DNA of 64,000 nucleotides from Leptogorgia sarmentosa (GCA_964658305.1 OZ210885.1:12586001-12650000), one strand, 5' to 3'; positions 35,003 to 45,854 are shown, counted from the stretch's first letter. Notes: generated by a model from the sequence alone, not told the origin. Numbers and translations: made by a program.

Positions 35003-36328
35003 TTGGATCAAGTATTTAAAACTGGTCCGTCAAATAACATCGTCAACATTCGTCAACAATCAAACTTAATTGGCAAATCGGCCGTTAATAAAATTCCCGT
35101 AAGAATAACCGCTCGCAATAGTAAGCAAGAACGTTCACCACATATATCGAGTAACTTAATTCAGGTTTCTTGCCGGGATATACAAAAAGGTACTACGAAA
35201 GGTAAACCGAAACCCAATGATAATCCTCAATTCGTTCCAACACTGTTGCTCTCAAATACAATGTCACTGGCTCCAAAAATTGACGAAATAGCATTTACCA
35301 TACAGCAGAATGACATTCAAATTGCCTTCTTTACTGAAACGTGGTTAAAAGATTCAATCGCGGATGATCCAATTGCAATCTCTGGTTACCAACTTTTTAG
35401 ATTAGATCGTCAAAACAAGCAACATGGTGGGGTATGTTTATATGTGAAGAACTCTATAGAAAGCAAAACCTTATCCATATTAGAAAACCATGAATATGAA
35501 GTTTTATGGTGTATATTAAGACCAAAACGTTTACCACGAGGCTTTTCAAACATTATTGCAGGAGTTCTCTACCATCCTCCTGGAGCGAATAATATAGAAA
35601 TGAAGGACCACCTCAAATTGTCTTTGGAAATAATTGAAACACGTTACCCGAATAGTGGCATTATCTTGGCTGGTGATTTCAATAAACTTGATTTTAAGTC
35701 CACTGGGAAACTTTTTAACCTAAAACCAACTATAAACTTTCCTACCCGAGGAGCGAACACACTTGATCAGATTTTTACAAATCTCAAACACTTTTATAAT
35801 CCAGCTGAAAGTGGTCCACCGTTCGGTTTATCCGACCATGTCACAATCACCATGATTCCAGGAAATCGTGTCAATCTAAGACCTCAAAAAAAGTCGATAA
35901 AGGTAAGAGATAAAAGACCAAGTAAGGTTGCAAGCCTTGGCCGCTTCTTTTTAAATGTCCCGTGGGATCATATTTTGTCCTCTTCGCAATCTTCCGATGA
36001 TAAACTGACAGCTTTTACTGAAATAATAAATTATGGTTTAAATATCATAATGCCAGAGCGAACAGTCAAAGTACATGTGAATGATCGCCCGTGGATGACA
36101 AGTCATTTGAAACACCTTATACAACAAAGACAAAAAGCATTTGCTTCAGATAACAAATTCATGTTTAAATTGTTGCGGAACAAAGTAAATAGAGAAAGAA
36201 AACGCTGCCGTAAAGTATACTATAAGAAAAAAGTCAGCAACCTCCTGGATTCGAAACCTAAAGATTGGTGGCGTGAGATAAAACAACTTAGTGGTCAGAA
36301 TTCAACACGCAAGATCTCAGATCGATGA
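35003..36328 (+). CDS. LINE ORF2 N-terminal part: apurinic-like endonuclease
   Basis: FFTETWL, HGGVCLYV, YHPP, AGDFN, TLDQIFTN and SDH motifs. Frameshift near 36310. Confidence 0.92.
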   Translation: MDQVFKTGPSNNIVNIRQQSNLIGKSAVNKIPVRITARNSKQERSPHISSNLIQVSCRDIQKGTTKGKPKPNDNPQFVPTLLLSNTMSLAPKIDEIAFTIQQNDIQIAFFTETWLKDSIADDPIAISGYQLFRLDRQNKQHGGVCLYVKNSIESKTLSILENHEYEVLWCILRPKRLPRGFSNIIAGVLYHPPGANNIEMKDHLKLSLEIIETRYPNSGIILAGDFNKLDFKSTGKLFNLKPTINFPTRGANTLDQIFTNLKHFYNPAESGPPFGLSDHVTITMIPGNRVNLRPQKKSIKVRDKRPSKVASLGRFFLNVPWDHILSSSQSSDDKLTAFTEIINYGLNIIMPERTVKVHVNDRPWMTSHLKHLIQQRQKAFASDNKFMFKLLRNKVNRERKRCRKVYYKKKVSNLLDSKPKDWWREIKQLSGQNSTRKISDR

Positions 36329-37902
36329 TTAGATTTGATGCTGAAATTAGTGATGAAGATCTAGGAAATAAGATTAACGAGGCCTTCATCAGTGTCATGA
36401 AAGATTTTTCACCGCTGCCAGAGGATTTTAATTTACAAACTGATAATGATGAACCAATAACAACTTCAGAAGAAACAGTGGCTCAGCTATTACGCGCAAT
36501 TAGTGTTTCCAAAGCTAGTGGTCCTGACGAACTTCCCAATTGGGTTTTAAAAAACTTTTCTGATATTTTAGCACCTGCAATTACTATTATATTAAACGCA
36601 TCTTTCCGTGAATGCAAGGTGCCGAAGGTATGGAAAATGGCAGACGTACCACCAGTCCCTAAAGAAGTAAACATTTTCGATTTTAACAAAGACCTGAGAC
36701 CGATATCCCTAACTTCTACATTGTCAAAAATTGCAGAAAACATCGTTATCAATTATGAATTGAAACCCAAATTGTTAAAAAGAATGGACCCAATGCAATT
36801 TGGATTTATTCCGGGATCAAATACGACCTTTGCGCTCATCTCGATGATGCATACCTGGCTAGCTGCACTTGATGGAACAGGCTCTTCAGTAAGGGTCGCA
36901 TTACTTGATTACCGTAAAGCCTTCGATCTAGTCGACCACAATCTACTTGTTGCAAAACTTTATAACTACGAAATAAAGCCTACGGTTGTAAATTGGATAG
37001 CGGACTTTCTCAGTGGAAGAACTCAGAGAGTGAAAATAAATTCAGCATATTCAAACTTTTTGCCTGTTCCCGCCGGTATCCCACAAGGTACGAAAATCGG
37101 TCCTTGGCTCTTCCTAGCAATGATTAATGACTTATGTATCACGGAATCTACAACTAGCAACCTTTGGAAATTTGCGGACGACACTTCACTTTCAGAAGTT
37201 ATTCCCAAAGATGGTGTCAGTTCCTTGCAAAACAACGTTGAAGAAGTAAGCAAATGGTCCAAGGATAATAACTTCCAGCTGAACTCTGGTAAATGTAAAG
37301 AGCTTAGAATAAACTTTACTACACAACCCTCCATTGTGGCACCTATTCAAATAAATGGAAAACAAGTTGAAACAGTTAAATCTGCAAAAATTCTGGGTGT
37401 GACACTTACCGATGATCTGAAATGGAATAAACACGTGGGTCAAATCGTTGAAAAAGCCTCAAAACGTCTTTATTTATTAAGACAATTAAAACGTGCTGAA
37501 GTGGAAAATGTCTCCTTATATAAGTTTTATACGGTGTGCATAAGATCCATCGTTGAGTACGCATGCCAAGTTTTCCATTCAAATCTACCGAAATATTTAT
37601 CGAACGAAATTGAAAGTATACAGAAGCGTGCCCTAAGAATAATTCACCCTGACTTAAGTTATTCTCAAGCATTAAAATCATCCAAGTTGGAAACATTATA
37701 CGACCGAAGAGAAGGACTATGCATGAAATTATTTTCATCTATCGAAACGAACAACGATCACAAATTAAAGGAACTAATCCCACCAAAAAACTTGCCAACT
37801 ATTAATCTTAGAACTAATAGGAAATACAATCTTCCTATGATGCATACGGACAGATTTAGGAAGTCATTTGTCCCATATTGTGCAAGTAAATCAATGTTAT
37901 AG
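36325..37902 (+). CDS. LINE ORF2 C-terminal part: reverse transcriptase
   Basis: LRPISLT, QFGF, DYRKAFDLV, GIPQGTKIGP, FADD and KILGV motifs. Confidence 0.95.
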   Translation: MIRFDAEISDEDLGNKINEAFISVMKDFSPLPEDFNLQTDNDEPITTSEETVAQLLRAISVSKASGPDELPNWVLKNFSDILAPAITIILNASFRECKVPKVWKMADVPPVPKEVNIFDFNKDLRPISLTSTLSKIAENIVINYELKPKLLKRMDPMQFGFIPGSNTTFALISMMHTWLAALDGTGSSVRVALLDYRKAFDLVDHNLLVAKLYNYEIKPTVVNWIADFLSGRTQRVKINSAYSNFLPVPAGIPQGTKIGPWLFLAMINDLCITESTTSNLWKFADDTSLSEVIPKDGVSSLQNNVEEVSKWSKDNNFQLNSGKCKELRINFTTQPSIVAPIQINGKQVETVKSAKILGVTLTDDLKWNKHVGQIVEKASKRLYLLRQLKRAEVENVSLYKFYTVCIRSIVEYACQVFHSNLPKYLSNEIESIQKRALRIIHPDLSYSQALKSSKLETLYDRREGLCMKLFSSIETNNDHKLKELIPPKNLPTINLRTNRKYNLPMMHTDRFRKSFVPYCASKSML

Positions 37903-38708
37903 ATTTATAATTGTAATTTTAGCATTTTAATTAGTTGTTTAAATTTAGAGTGTTAATATAATTATATGTAAAATTTATTTTTTCTATTATACTTAAATTT
38001 TGTAATTTCTACTCAATAGTAATTCAGTTTTTTTAAGACTGTAAATATTGATTTTAATAAACGATCTATCTATCTATCTATCTATCAAAAGTAAATTTAA
38101 CGTTGGCTGATACTGTGAATAAACTGGATATTTTATTAAGACGCAGAAGTAGCGTGCCACATTGTGACTTAACTCTTTTAAGATCATTTGTTCAGTACGA
38201 TGTGTATATAATTTCAAAAAATTCAGAGGTCAGAGATTTATCTGATTTGCTTTACACGCGCGCTGCTGCGATGGCAGTTGCTTCCAGACAATAAAATAGT
38301 GATTATTTTCTCGTATCACGTCAACAATGTTTCCTTAGTTTTCTTTTGAAAAATATGATTTTATTGTCCTCTAAGGCCTAGGTCAAACGTCGAACTTTTC
38401 ATGTGCCGAACCTAATGTTAAATGTGTTTATGCAATAAAATTAATTAACATCAAGCACGAGTTGTTGTGGGTTGGTAATGTTATGTAATTATGCACATAT
38501 GCGGTTACGTAGGCAGGCGTTTAGGCCAATCAGAAGGGAGGTCTAGTTTGCTGGTTAGAGTTGCGTGCGCGGGGCTCAGTTGCTTATTGCTGCTCACACG
38601 GTGCGTTTGAGTTCTCTCTCTCTTGGGTTGTCTGGATCTGTTAAAAAATTATTTTCTTTTGTTGCTCGAGTGTCGGGTATCTTAAGGGTACTGTGCTCGT
38701 TGTCATTT

Positions 38709-40247
38709 ATGCCTCGGCTCACCAATAACAGCCTAGCAAGTCTCCCGGGCACGGATTTTTCGTTTCCGCCGGTTACGAGCGATGAGTTGTCTCCGGCTTC
38801 ATCTTCGCGTTCGACAACGAGTGTGGCTCCTTTTGGGGCTGACGTGGCGCTCTCGTCGTCCAGTATGGCTGCTGTTTCTACGTCGCCGCTCCCTGTGTTA
38901 GTGCCATCGAGTTCTACCGCTTCTAGTGCGTGGTCTTCGTCCCTTACGGCTTCTTCAGGGCCGTCGTCTGGTCGGAGTTTAGAGTCGCATACGTGGCTGC
39001 CGATCCCCTATCAGCCGCCGAATCCTTGGCCTACGTCTGGTGGAGTGCCTCCCACTGCAACTTCGGCGATAAGCCCGCCAAATGTGTTGAATTTGAGGCC
39101 TTCTTTTTCGTCCCCGTCGTCCGCAGTTCGGCCGCCATTTTGTTTCCCCCCAGTCTCCTCTCAAGTCATGATGCCTGCTCCGCCAGTAAATACCATCCGT
39201 CAGCAGGCGTCCACTTGCCAAGATCCCATCCTCCAGGAGGCGATGGCTCGAGAACGGGCTCAGGCGGAGGCTACCCTTCAGGCCCAAGCGATGTTACAGG
39301 CGTCTGCCCAGGCGCATGCTAATGCTGTGGCCCAGGTGCAGGCTCGCGGTCGAGAGTTGGCATCAGTTGCAAGACTTCCGGCTGCTCCGGGGTTGCCCTC
39401 GTCGCTGTCGTTGGCGCCCAGTCAGGGCTGCTCTCTTGACCCGTCGCCGTTGTCCAACCCATTGATCAATCCCCTTGCTGCCGGGGTTCCTGTACCAGGT
39501 ATGTTGTTGCCTTCGGCGCGGGCGCAGCCTGCTTCGTTTGTGGTTGGCCCTGGGTTTTTGCCCATCTCGGATAAGATGGTATCGAACATTGTATCGGGTC
39601 AGTATATTGACTTAGCCGCCTTGCTAGCGAAGCCATCGGAAGTTCGGTCGACCTCCCCCTTGATCTGCATTGATGGGCAGGTTGTGGTTTCCACAGCTCC
39701 CAAGCCGCCGCGGCGTTTGACTGATATTGCTCAGTGGTTACAAGCGTTTGCTATTTATATGCTTGTCATGGTTAGGTATGCACCGCATCGGGCAGCTGAC
39801 CTGATTCGATACCAGCTGCTAATTTTACGCACGCACTCGCAGTTTGGCGGTTTAGCCTGGTACAACTATGATGAGGCATTTCGCCGTGACGCCGCGGCGC
39901 GCCAGGTTGTCGACTGGTCCGGCATGCATGTGGAGTTGTACAACTTCCATACGGCCTCCACGTCCCGGGTAGTACCAACGTCGTCAGGACCTCTTTCCCG
40001 CGAGAGTGCTGGGGCCCTGTTTGGCACCACGATCTGTCGTTCGTGGAACTTAGGCCGGTGCGTAGCGTCTCGTGCCGTGTGTCGCTATCTTCACGTCTGC
40101 GATGTGCCTCGGTGTCGCGCCGGTCATCGTCGTATTCATTGCCCTATCCAGTCATCGGGTGCGCCTGCTGGTCCCCTCCCTGCTACAACAGGGCCAGTCG
40201 GTCCTCCTCCATCGACACCCCCCTTCCCTCGTCCACGTGACCGTTAG
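38709..40247 (+). CDS. Ngaro ORF1 Gag-like protein with C-terminal CCCH/CCHC zinc fingers
   Basis: First ATG at 38709, a Pro/Ser-rich N-terminus, GQYIDLAALL..WLQAFAIY..AWYNYDEAFR, and CRSWNLGRC..CRYLHVC..C..H..C. Confidence 0.88.
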   Translation: MPRLTNNSLASLPGTDFSFPPVTSDELSPASSSRSTTSVAPFGADVALSSSSMAAVSTSPLPVLVPSSSTASSAWSSSLTASSGPSSGRSLESHTWLPIPYQPPNPWPTSGGVPPTATSAISPPNVLNLRPSFSSPSSAVRPPFCFPPVSSQVMMPAPPVNTIRQQASTCQDPILQEAMARERAQAEATLQAQAMLQASAQAHANAVAQVQARGRELASVARLPAAPGLPSSLSLAPSQGCSLDPSPLSNPLINPLAAGVPVPGMLLPSARAQPASFVVGPGFLPISDKMVSNIVSGQYIDLAALLAKPSEVRSTSPLICIDGQVVVSTAPKPPRRLTDIAQWLQAFAIYMLVMVRYAPHRAADLIRYQLLILRTHSQFGGLAWYNYDEAFRRDAAARQVVDWSGMHVELYNFHTASTSRVVPTSSGPLSRESAGALFGTTICRSWNLGRCVASRAVCRYLHVCDVPRCRAGHRRIHCPIQSSGAPAGPLPATTGPVGPPPSTPPFPRPRDR

Positions 40248-40599
40248 GCCTGCTTTGGGACGGGTTCGCTTGCGACGTCTGGGCCCGCTATTGCGGGCAC
40301 ATGTTCAAAAAGACAAGAGTTGCATGCTCTTAATGCGAGTGTTTAACATTAGGGGCTTCAGGCCCGTGCGTGTTATTGGGATCGCGGGGGACACTGTGTG
40401 TTACGGGCATGGTTAATGCCCGGGACTAGTGTGTTAATACCTTTGTACCTGCTGGGTACTGTACAGTTGTTGCATGCGTATAATGTCTTAGATTAACATG
40501 TTTTCGTTACGGCACCGTCGTCAGTGTTATGGTAATTACTGCATGCATTCGCATGGGATGGGGTCCATGTTGTGTTGTCGCTATTGTTTCTTTGTTTAG

Positions 40600-42228
40600 C
40601 CCGTAGTGCTCAGGACATCAACTCGCCTGTTGCCACTGTAACCCCTCTGGTTCTAGCGGAATTTACTCGCGAATTGGAAGCGTATCCTCCGGCATTAAAG
40701 CACTATGTTTTGGACGGGATTCGGTATGGGTTCCGGGTTGGTTGGGAGCCGGGTCGGGTTTCGTTTCGTTCGCGGTCATCCAATATGCGATCGGCATCGG
40801 ATCACCCGGACGTAGTGGACGCGTATCTTTCTACCGAGTTATTGGAACGGCGTATGGCGGGCCCGTTCCCTAACCCTCCCGTGGCGTCTCTGCACGTTAG
40901 TCCTTTTGGTGTCATCCCAAAAAACCACCAACCTGGCAAGTGGCGCCTTATCCTCGATCTGTCCTCGCCGGCTGGTCACAGTGTAAATGACGGCATTCCC
41001 AAGGATCCGTTTTCTTTGAAGTATGTGACGGTGGATGATGCCATTCAGGCCTTGATCGACTTGGGCCCTGGGGCGCTAATGGCGAAGTTTGATGTTAAAC
41101 CCGCGTATCGCAATATCCCTATTCACCCGGCGGATCGTCATCTCTTGGGGATGAAATGGCGCGATGGGTACTATGTGGATCTCGTTCTGCCGTTTGGTTT
41201 ACGTTCGGCCCCGTTTATTTTTCAATTCAGTGGCTGACGCCGTCGACTGGATCTTGGTGCATAATTATGCCGTCAGCCCGTTGTTCCATTACTTGGACGA
41301 TTTCTTGACCATGGGACCCGCCAATTCACCCAAGTGCCAATCCCTCATGGAAACTGCTTTCCGCGTGTTCGACCGCTTGGGGCTGCCGTTGCATTTGCAA
41401 AAGTGTGAAGGTCCAGCCTCGGTGTTAGTATTTCTTGGTATTGAATTGGATTCGGTGCAGCAGTTCGCGCGGTTGCCGCGGGAAAAAGTGGATCGTATCC
41501 TCAGACTGCTCCAATCTTGGTCTCGAAAGAAGACGTGCTCTCGGCGTGACTTGGAGTCCTTGATTGGGTCCCTGCATCATGCCTGTCGCGTTGTTATTCC
41601 CGGGCGTACGTTCCTCCGACGCATGATCGATTTGTTGTGCTGTTTTCGTCATCGCGACCACCCCATTCGTTTAAATGCGGAATTTCGGCGGGATCTGCAT
41701 TGGTGGCTGTCATTCTTCCAAGAGTGGAATGGGATGTCCTTTTTCCTGTCTCCCTCAGTTACCCCCTTACCTGATTTGGTTGTGTCATCCGACGCGTCCG
41801 GTTCGTGCGGTTTTGGTGCCTTCTGGCGCACCCACTGGTTTTGCAGCTCATGGTTTTTTCTCCCCACACACATGTCCATTGCTTTCCTGGAATTAGTCCC
41901 CATCGTCGTCGCAGCGCATTTGTGGGGGCCTGCGTGGTCTCGCCTTCGCGTGCAGTTTTTCTGTGATAATATGGCCGTTGTGAGTGTGCTGAATTCTGGC
42001 ACGTCCCGGTCGCCGGACGTTATGCATTTGTTGCGGTTACTCACGCTTCAGGCCTGCCGCCATAATTTCGTGTTCTCGGCGGCCCACACCCCTGGCCAAA
42101 AAAATTCTGCCGCTGATGCATTGTCTCGTTTGCGCCTACAGGAGTTCCGTCGTATGGCTCCTCAGTCCGATCAACTCCCTCTCTCAATCCCTCCGTCGCT
42201 ATTATCGAGTCTGGTACCACCCTATTAA
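40600..42228 (+). CDS. Ngaro reverse transcriptase and RNase H (one +1 frameshift in a T-run near 41220)
   Basis: SPFGVIPK..KWRLILDLS..LPFGLRSAP / YLDDFL..FLGI..SDAS..LEL..CDN..ADALSR. Confidence 0.93.
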
Positions 42229-42248
42229 TTGACCAGTGTTTTGGCTTT

Positions 42249-43148
42249 TTGGCCCAGGGTCTCGCGCCCTCCACTCGTCGTGTGTATGCTGCTGGTCAAC
42301 GTGCCTACTTCCAGTTTTGTTCATCGTTCTCCTTGCCGTATTTTCCGTCTTCTGAGTGGCTATTAATGTTATTTGCGACTTGGCTGGCCCATTCGCGGAA
42401 CTTAGCTCCGTCGTCGGTTTCATCTTATATTGCTGCGGTTCGTTCATGGCACATTGACCTTGGAGCTCCAGATCCCACCCGCGGGGCTACCAGATTGGCC
42501 AGACTTTTACGTGGCATCCGCCGCTCTCGATCGTCGCCGGCGTTAACACGTCTTCCTGTCACCAATCGATTGATGACCGTCCTTCACTCCGCGCTGTCCG
42601 CTCCGACGTTTGACCATGTGATGTTTTGGGCCGCTTGTTGCACTGCCTTTTTTGGTTTCCTCCGGGTGAGCGAGTTTACTTGTTCTGGTCTCTACGTCCC
42701 GTCTCGTCATTTGTCGTTGGCCGACATCACGTGGGATGTGGCGGGCCACTTCCGTTTGTGTGTGAAGTCGTCGAAGACTGATCAGTTTCACCGGGGGTGT
42801 ACCATCCTACTTGGCCCGTCAGGTCGTCAAATTTGTCCAGTCACGGCGTTGTCCCGGTATTTGGTCATCCGCGGTTCATCCCCTGGTCCCTTGTTTGTGT
42901 GCGCCTCGGGTGTTCCATTATCGCCGTCGTTAGTTAATGCGTGGCTCCGCTCCATTCTCAAGGCTGCTGGTGTGCCTGGCAACTATTCCAGCCATAGTTT
43001 TCGCATTGGCGCGGCTACATCGGCCGCTTTGGCGGGAGTTCCAGACCATGTGATCAAGCTGTTGGGACGGTGGTCTAGCGATTGCTACTTGCGGTATATT
43101 CGGACTCCGCCCCAAGTTATTCTCCAGACGGCGCGGCACATAGTGTGA
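42249..43148 (+). CDS. Ngaro tyrosine recombinase
   Basis: GLAPSTRRVY N-domain, and catalytic R (FGFLRVSE), K (SKTD), HxxR (HSFRIG), W (GRW) and Y (YLRYIR), all intact. Confidence 0.95.
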   Translation: MAQGLAPSTRRVYAAGQRAYFQFCSSFSLPYFPSSEWLLMLFATWLAHSRNLAPSSVSSYIAAVRSWHIDLGAPDPTRGATRLARLLRGIRRSRSSPALTRLPVTNRLMTVLHSALSAPTFDHVMFWAACCTAFFGFLRVSEFTCSGLYVPSRHLSLADITWDVAGHFRLCVKSSKTDQFHRGCTILLGPSGRQICPVTALSRYLVIRGSSPGPLFVCASGVPLSPSLVNAWLRSILKAAGVPGNYSSHSFRIGAATSAALAGVPDHVIKLLGRWSSDCYLRYIRTPPQVILQTARHIV

Positions 43149-45388
43149 GGTTTGCGTGGGGTTCGGAAACGCCTTTGGAGTGGGTTCGTGCCTCGAATCC
43201 CTTTCTCCAGCTTCGCTGGAGGGTGGCGTTGGGAGAGGTGAATTCTCGGCATCATTGAGGTGAGTCATGTCGGGATGCTGGGATGGCTGAAAGGATCTCC
43301 TACCTAGAACACAGCTGCGCAGAATGGAGTTCATCGGAACACGGCTTGCCGAGAAAACGAAGCAGCCTGACCCCTCTCCAACAGAGCTACACCCTCCAAA
43401 AAACTTATTGCATGCGATTGTTCGAGTGCGTTAGATGTTAAATGTGTTTATGCAATAAAATTAATTAACATCAAGCACGAGTTGTTGTGGGTTGGTAATG
43501 TTATGTAATTATGCACATATGCGGTTACGTAGGCAGGCGTTTAGGCCAATCAGAAGGGAGGTCTAGTTTGCTGGTTAGAGTTGCGTGCGCGGGGCTCAGT
43601 TGCTTATTGCTGCTCACACGGTGCGTTTGAGTTCTCCCCTCCCTCCCAGCCCTGAGGGAGGTGGGTAGTTGGCCCAACTGCTAGCTGGTAATTGCCCGGC
43701 TGCTTGCCGGTGTCGCCAGGCTGCTGGCCTGCACGGGTTGGCTGTTAGAGTTGCCGGCGCTGCCGAACTCTGGCGGTCGCATTCGTTGCAGCTTGCTCGC
43801 TGCATGCAGGACGACCACTTCTCCGGCTGCTTGCCGGGGGGTCTTGTCACAGTTGCTCGGCTGCTTGCCGATGGGGCCCGGTACGCATCCGTTCCCAGAC
43901 CTGTTATTGTTCGTCCGCTTGTCCTTGCGTGTTGTCCTGTAGTATTGTTCGTACCGTACTGTGCAGTGCCGTGCCTGTCGGTTCGTGTGTCGTTCTCTTG
44001 TGTCCCGGGTGTTAGGGGGGCTAGTTGTAGGCATTCATGTTTGTAACAGTTCGGTGTGCTCGTGTATTTGTTGTGTACATTGCCGCACCCGCTTGTCGGG
44101 CGTGCTCCCCGGCTAGTCCGGGTGATTAGTCTACATTGGTTTCAGAGTTCGCTGGTAATTCTGTAAGTGGTAGGTGTTTGCTCGCTATGTGCCACACGTG
44201 GCTGGTTCATCAGGTAAGAATTTCTGTTATGGTTTTCGGCCAATCGTACGTATGTTCGTCTCCACCTTTGGTGTGACGGTAGCTCTGTTTATGGAGAGGT
44301 GAATTCTCGGCATCATTGAGGTGAGTCATGTCGGGATGCTGGGATGGCTGAAAGGATCTCCTACCTAGAACACAGCTGCGCAGAATGGAGTTCATCGGAA
44401 CACGGCTTGCCGAGAAAACGAAGCAGCCTGACCCCTCTCCAACAGAGCTACACCCTCCAAAAAACTTATTGCATGCGATTGTTCGAGTGCGTTAGATGTT
44501 AATGAGCCAAGTTCTTTGTTTGAGCTCATTTGCATTAGGTTCAGCGCATGAAAAGTTCGACGTTCGACCTAGGCCTTAGAAACTTTGCACTATCCTTGGA
44601 TCCCTAGTTTCTATTTTATATTCAAATACAAAATTTTTCTTGGCATGTTTCATAACCTTAATACAATAAAAAACGCGACATCTTTCCGTGGTATAATGTG
44701 GCCAACATGTCTGAATGCGTTGATAAAACAGTTAAAATGTTCTTTATATATCAGCAATGAATCTAGAGATTTGAATTAGTAGAAAACTTGTATTTGTCAT
44801 GGACAGTTTAGTACTGTTAACAGCCGCCGTGCGTATTTATATTAAAAATTTAGTTGGCCGACATTGCGGGCAAACTAAAATGTGTAACACAGTAGAACTC
44901 GTCATATATTTTAAATTGGTTGATGATAGGCAACATATTTGCGAGCTTTCGCATTTATAGCTTTCGTGTTTGTTTTCCCTGTCTCCGACTCGACAACACT
45001 GGTCGACGGCATCACTAAACTTGGGCTGTTTGTTTGCCCGAAAATACCGGGGATTTACAGAATTTTCGATACTAAATGAACTAAACAACATATCGGCATA
45101 CAAAAGTAAATTTAACGTTGGCTGATACTGTGAATAAACTGGATATTTTATTAAGACGCAGAAGTAGCGTGCCACATTGTGACTTAACTCTTTTAAGATC
45201 ATTTGTTCAGTACGATATGTATATAATTTCAAAAAATTCAGAGGTCAGAGATTTATCTGATTTGCTTTACACGCGCGCTGCTGCGATGGCAGTTGCTTCC
45301 AGACAATAAAATAGTGATTATTTTCTCGTATCACGTCAACAATGTTTCCTTAGTTTTCTTTTGAAAAATATGATTTTATTGTCCTCTA

Positions 45389-45510
45389 AGGCCTAGGTCA
45401 AACGTCGAACTTTTCATGTGCCGAACCTAATGTTAATGAGCCAAGTTCTTTGTTTGAGCTCATTTGCATTAGGTTCAGCGCATGAAAAGTTCGACGTTCG
45501 ACCTAGGCCT
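45389..45510. mobile_element. 122-bp palindromic MITE (uninterrupted copy; the copy at 38374-44576 is split by the Ngaro element)
   Basis: aggcctaggtcaaacgtcgaacttttcatg..catgaaaagttcgacgttcgacctaggcct, flanked by TA. Confidence 0.8.
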
Positions 45511-45772
45511 TAGAAACTTTGCACTATCCTTGGATCCCTAGTTTCTATTTTATATTCAAATACAAAATTTTTCTTGGCATGTTTCATAACCTTAATACAA
45601 TAAAAAACGCGACATCTTTCCGTTGAATTTGTGGATGGAAAACTTGTACATTGAATCTGTCACTTTAAACACTCATCCGCCACCACCGAGAACAGAACTT
45701 CCTCTCCTCGAGTTTTTCCCCAAAAAAATCATGTTTACATATTGAGGCCAAAGTGTTGAAGACTTTGCATAA

Positions 45773-45854
45773 CGTAGTCGGCAGGATTTGAACCTGGGCG
45801 GGAAACTCCCAACAGATTTCTAGTCTGCCGCCTTAACCGCTCGGCCACGACTAC
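45773..45854 (-). tRNA. trnS: tRNA-Ser(AGA)
   Basis: gtagtcgtggccgagcggttaaggcggcagactAGAaatctgt, with a long variable arm. Confidence 0.85.

Larger units (their letters stand above)
34614..38085 (+). mobile_element. CR1-group non-LTR retrotransposon (LINE) with (TATC)n tail
   Basis: APE and RT ORFs, AATAAA, and a (TATC) tail at 38064-38086. Boundaries are defined by the empty site at ~45101. Confidence 0.93.
38415..44502 (+). mobile_element. Complete Ngaro-type (DIRS-order) tyrosine-recombinase retrotransposon with split direct repeats A1-ORFs-B1-A2-spacer-B2
   Basis: A1 38422-38616 = A2 43442-43636; B1 43232-43434 = B2 44293-44495. Gag, RT/RH and YR ORFs present. ATGTTAA at both ends and at the B1/A2 junction. 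Confidence 0.95.
34202..45623. repeat. Tandem duplication of a 932-bp unit: copy A 34202-44689 (with LINE and Ngaro insertions), copy B 44692-45623 (empty)
   Basis: 34202-34613 + 38086-38421 + 44496-44689 reconstitute 44692-45623 with only about two substitutions noticed. Confidence 0.93.

Noticed and set aside
42249..43148. Prophage or bacterial integrase (contamination)
   Set aside because: Lies within a gag-RT-RH-YR element with split direct repeats, inserted in eukaryotic repeat DNA.
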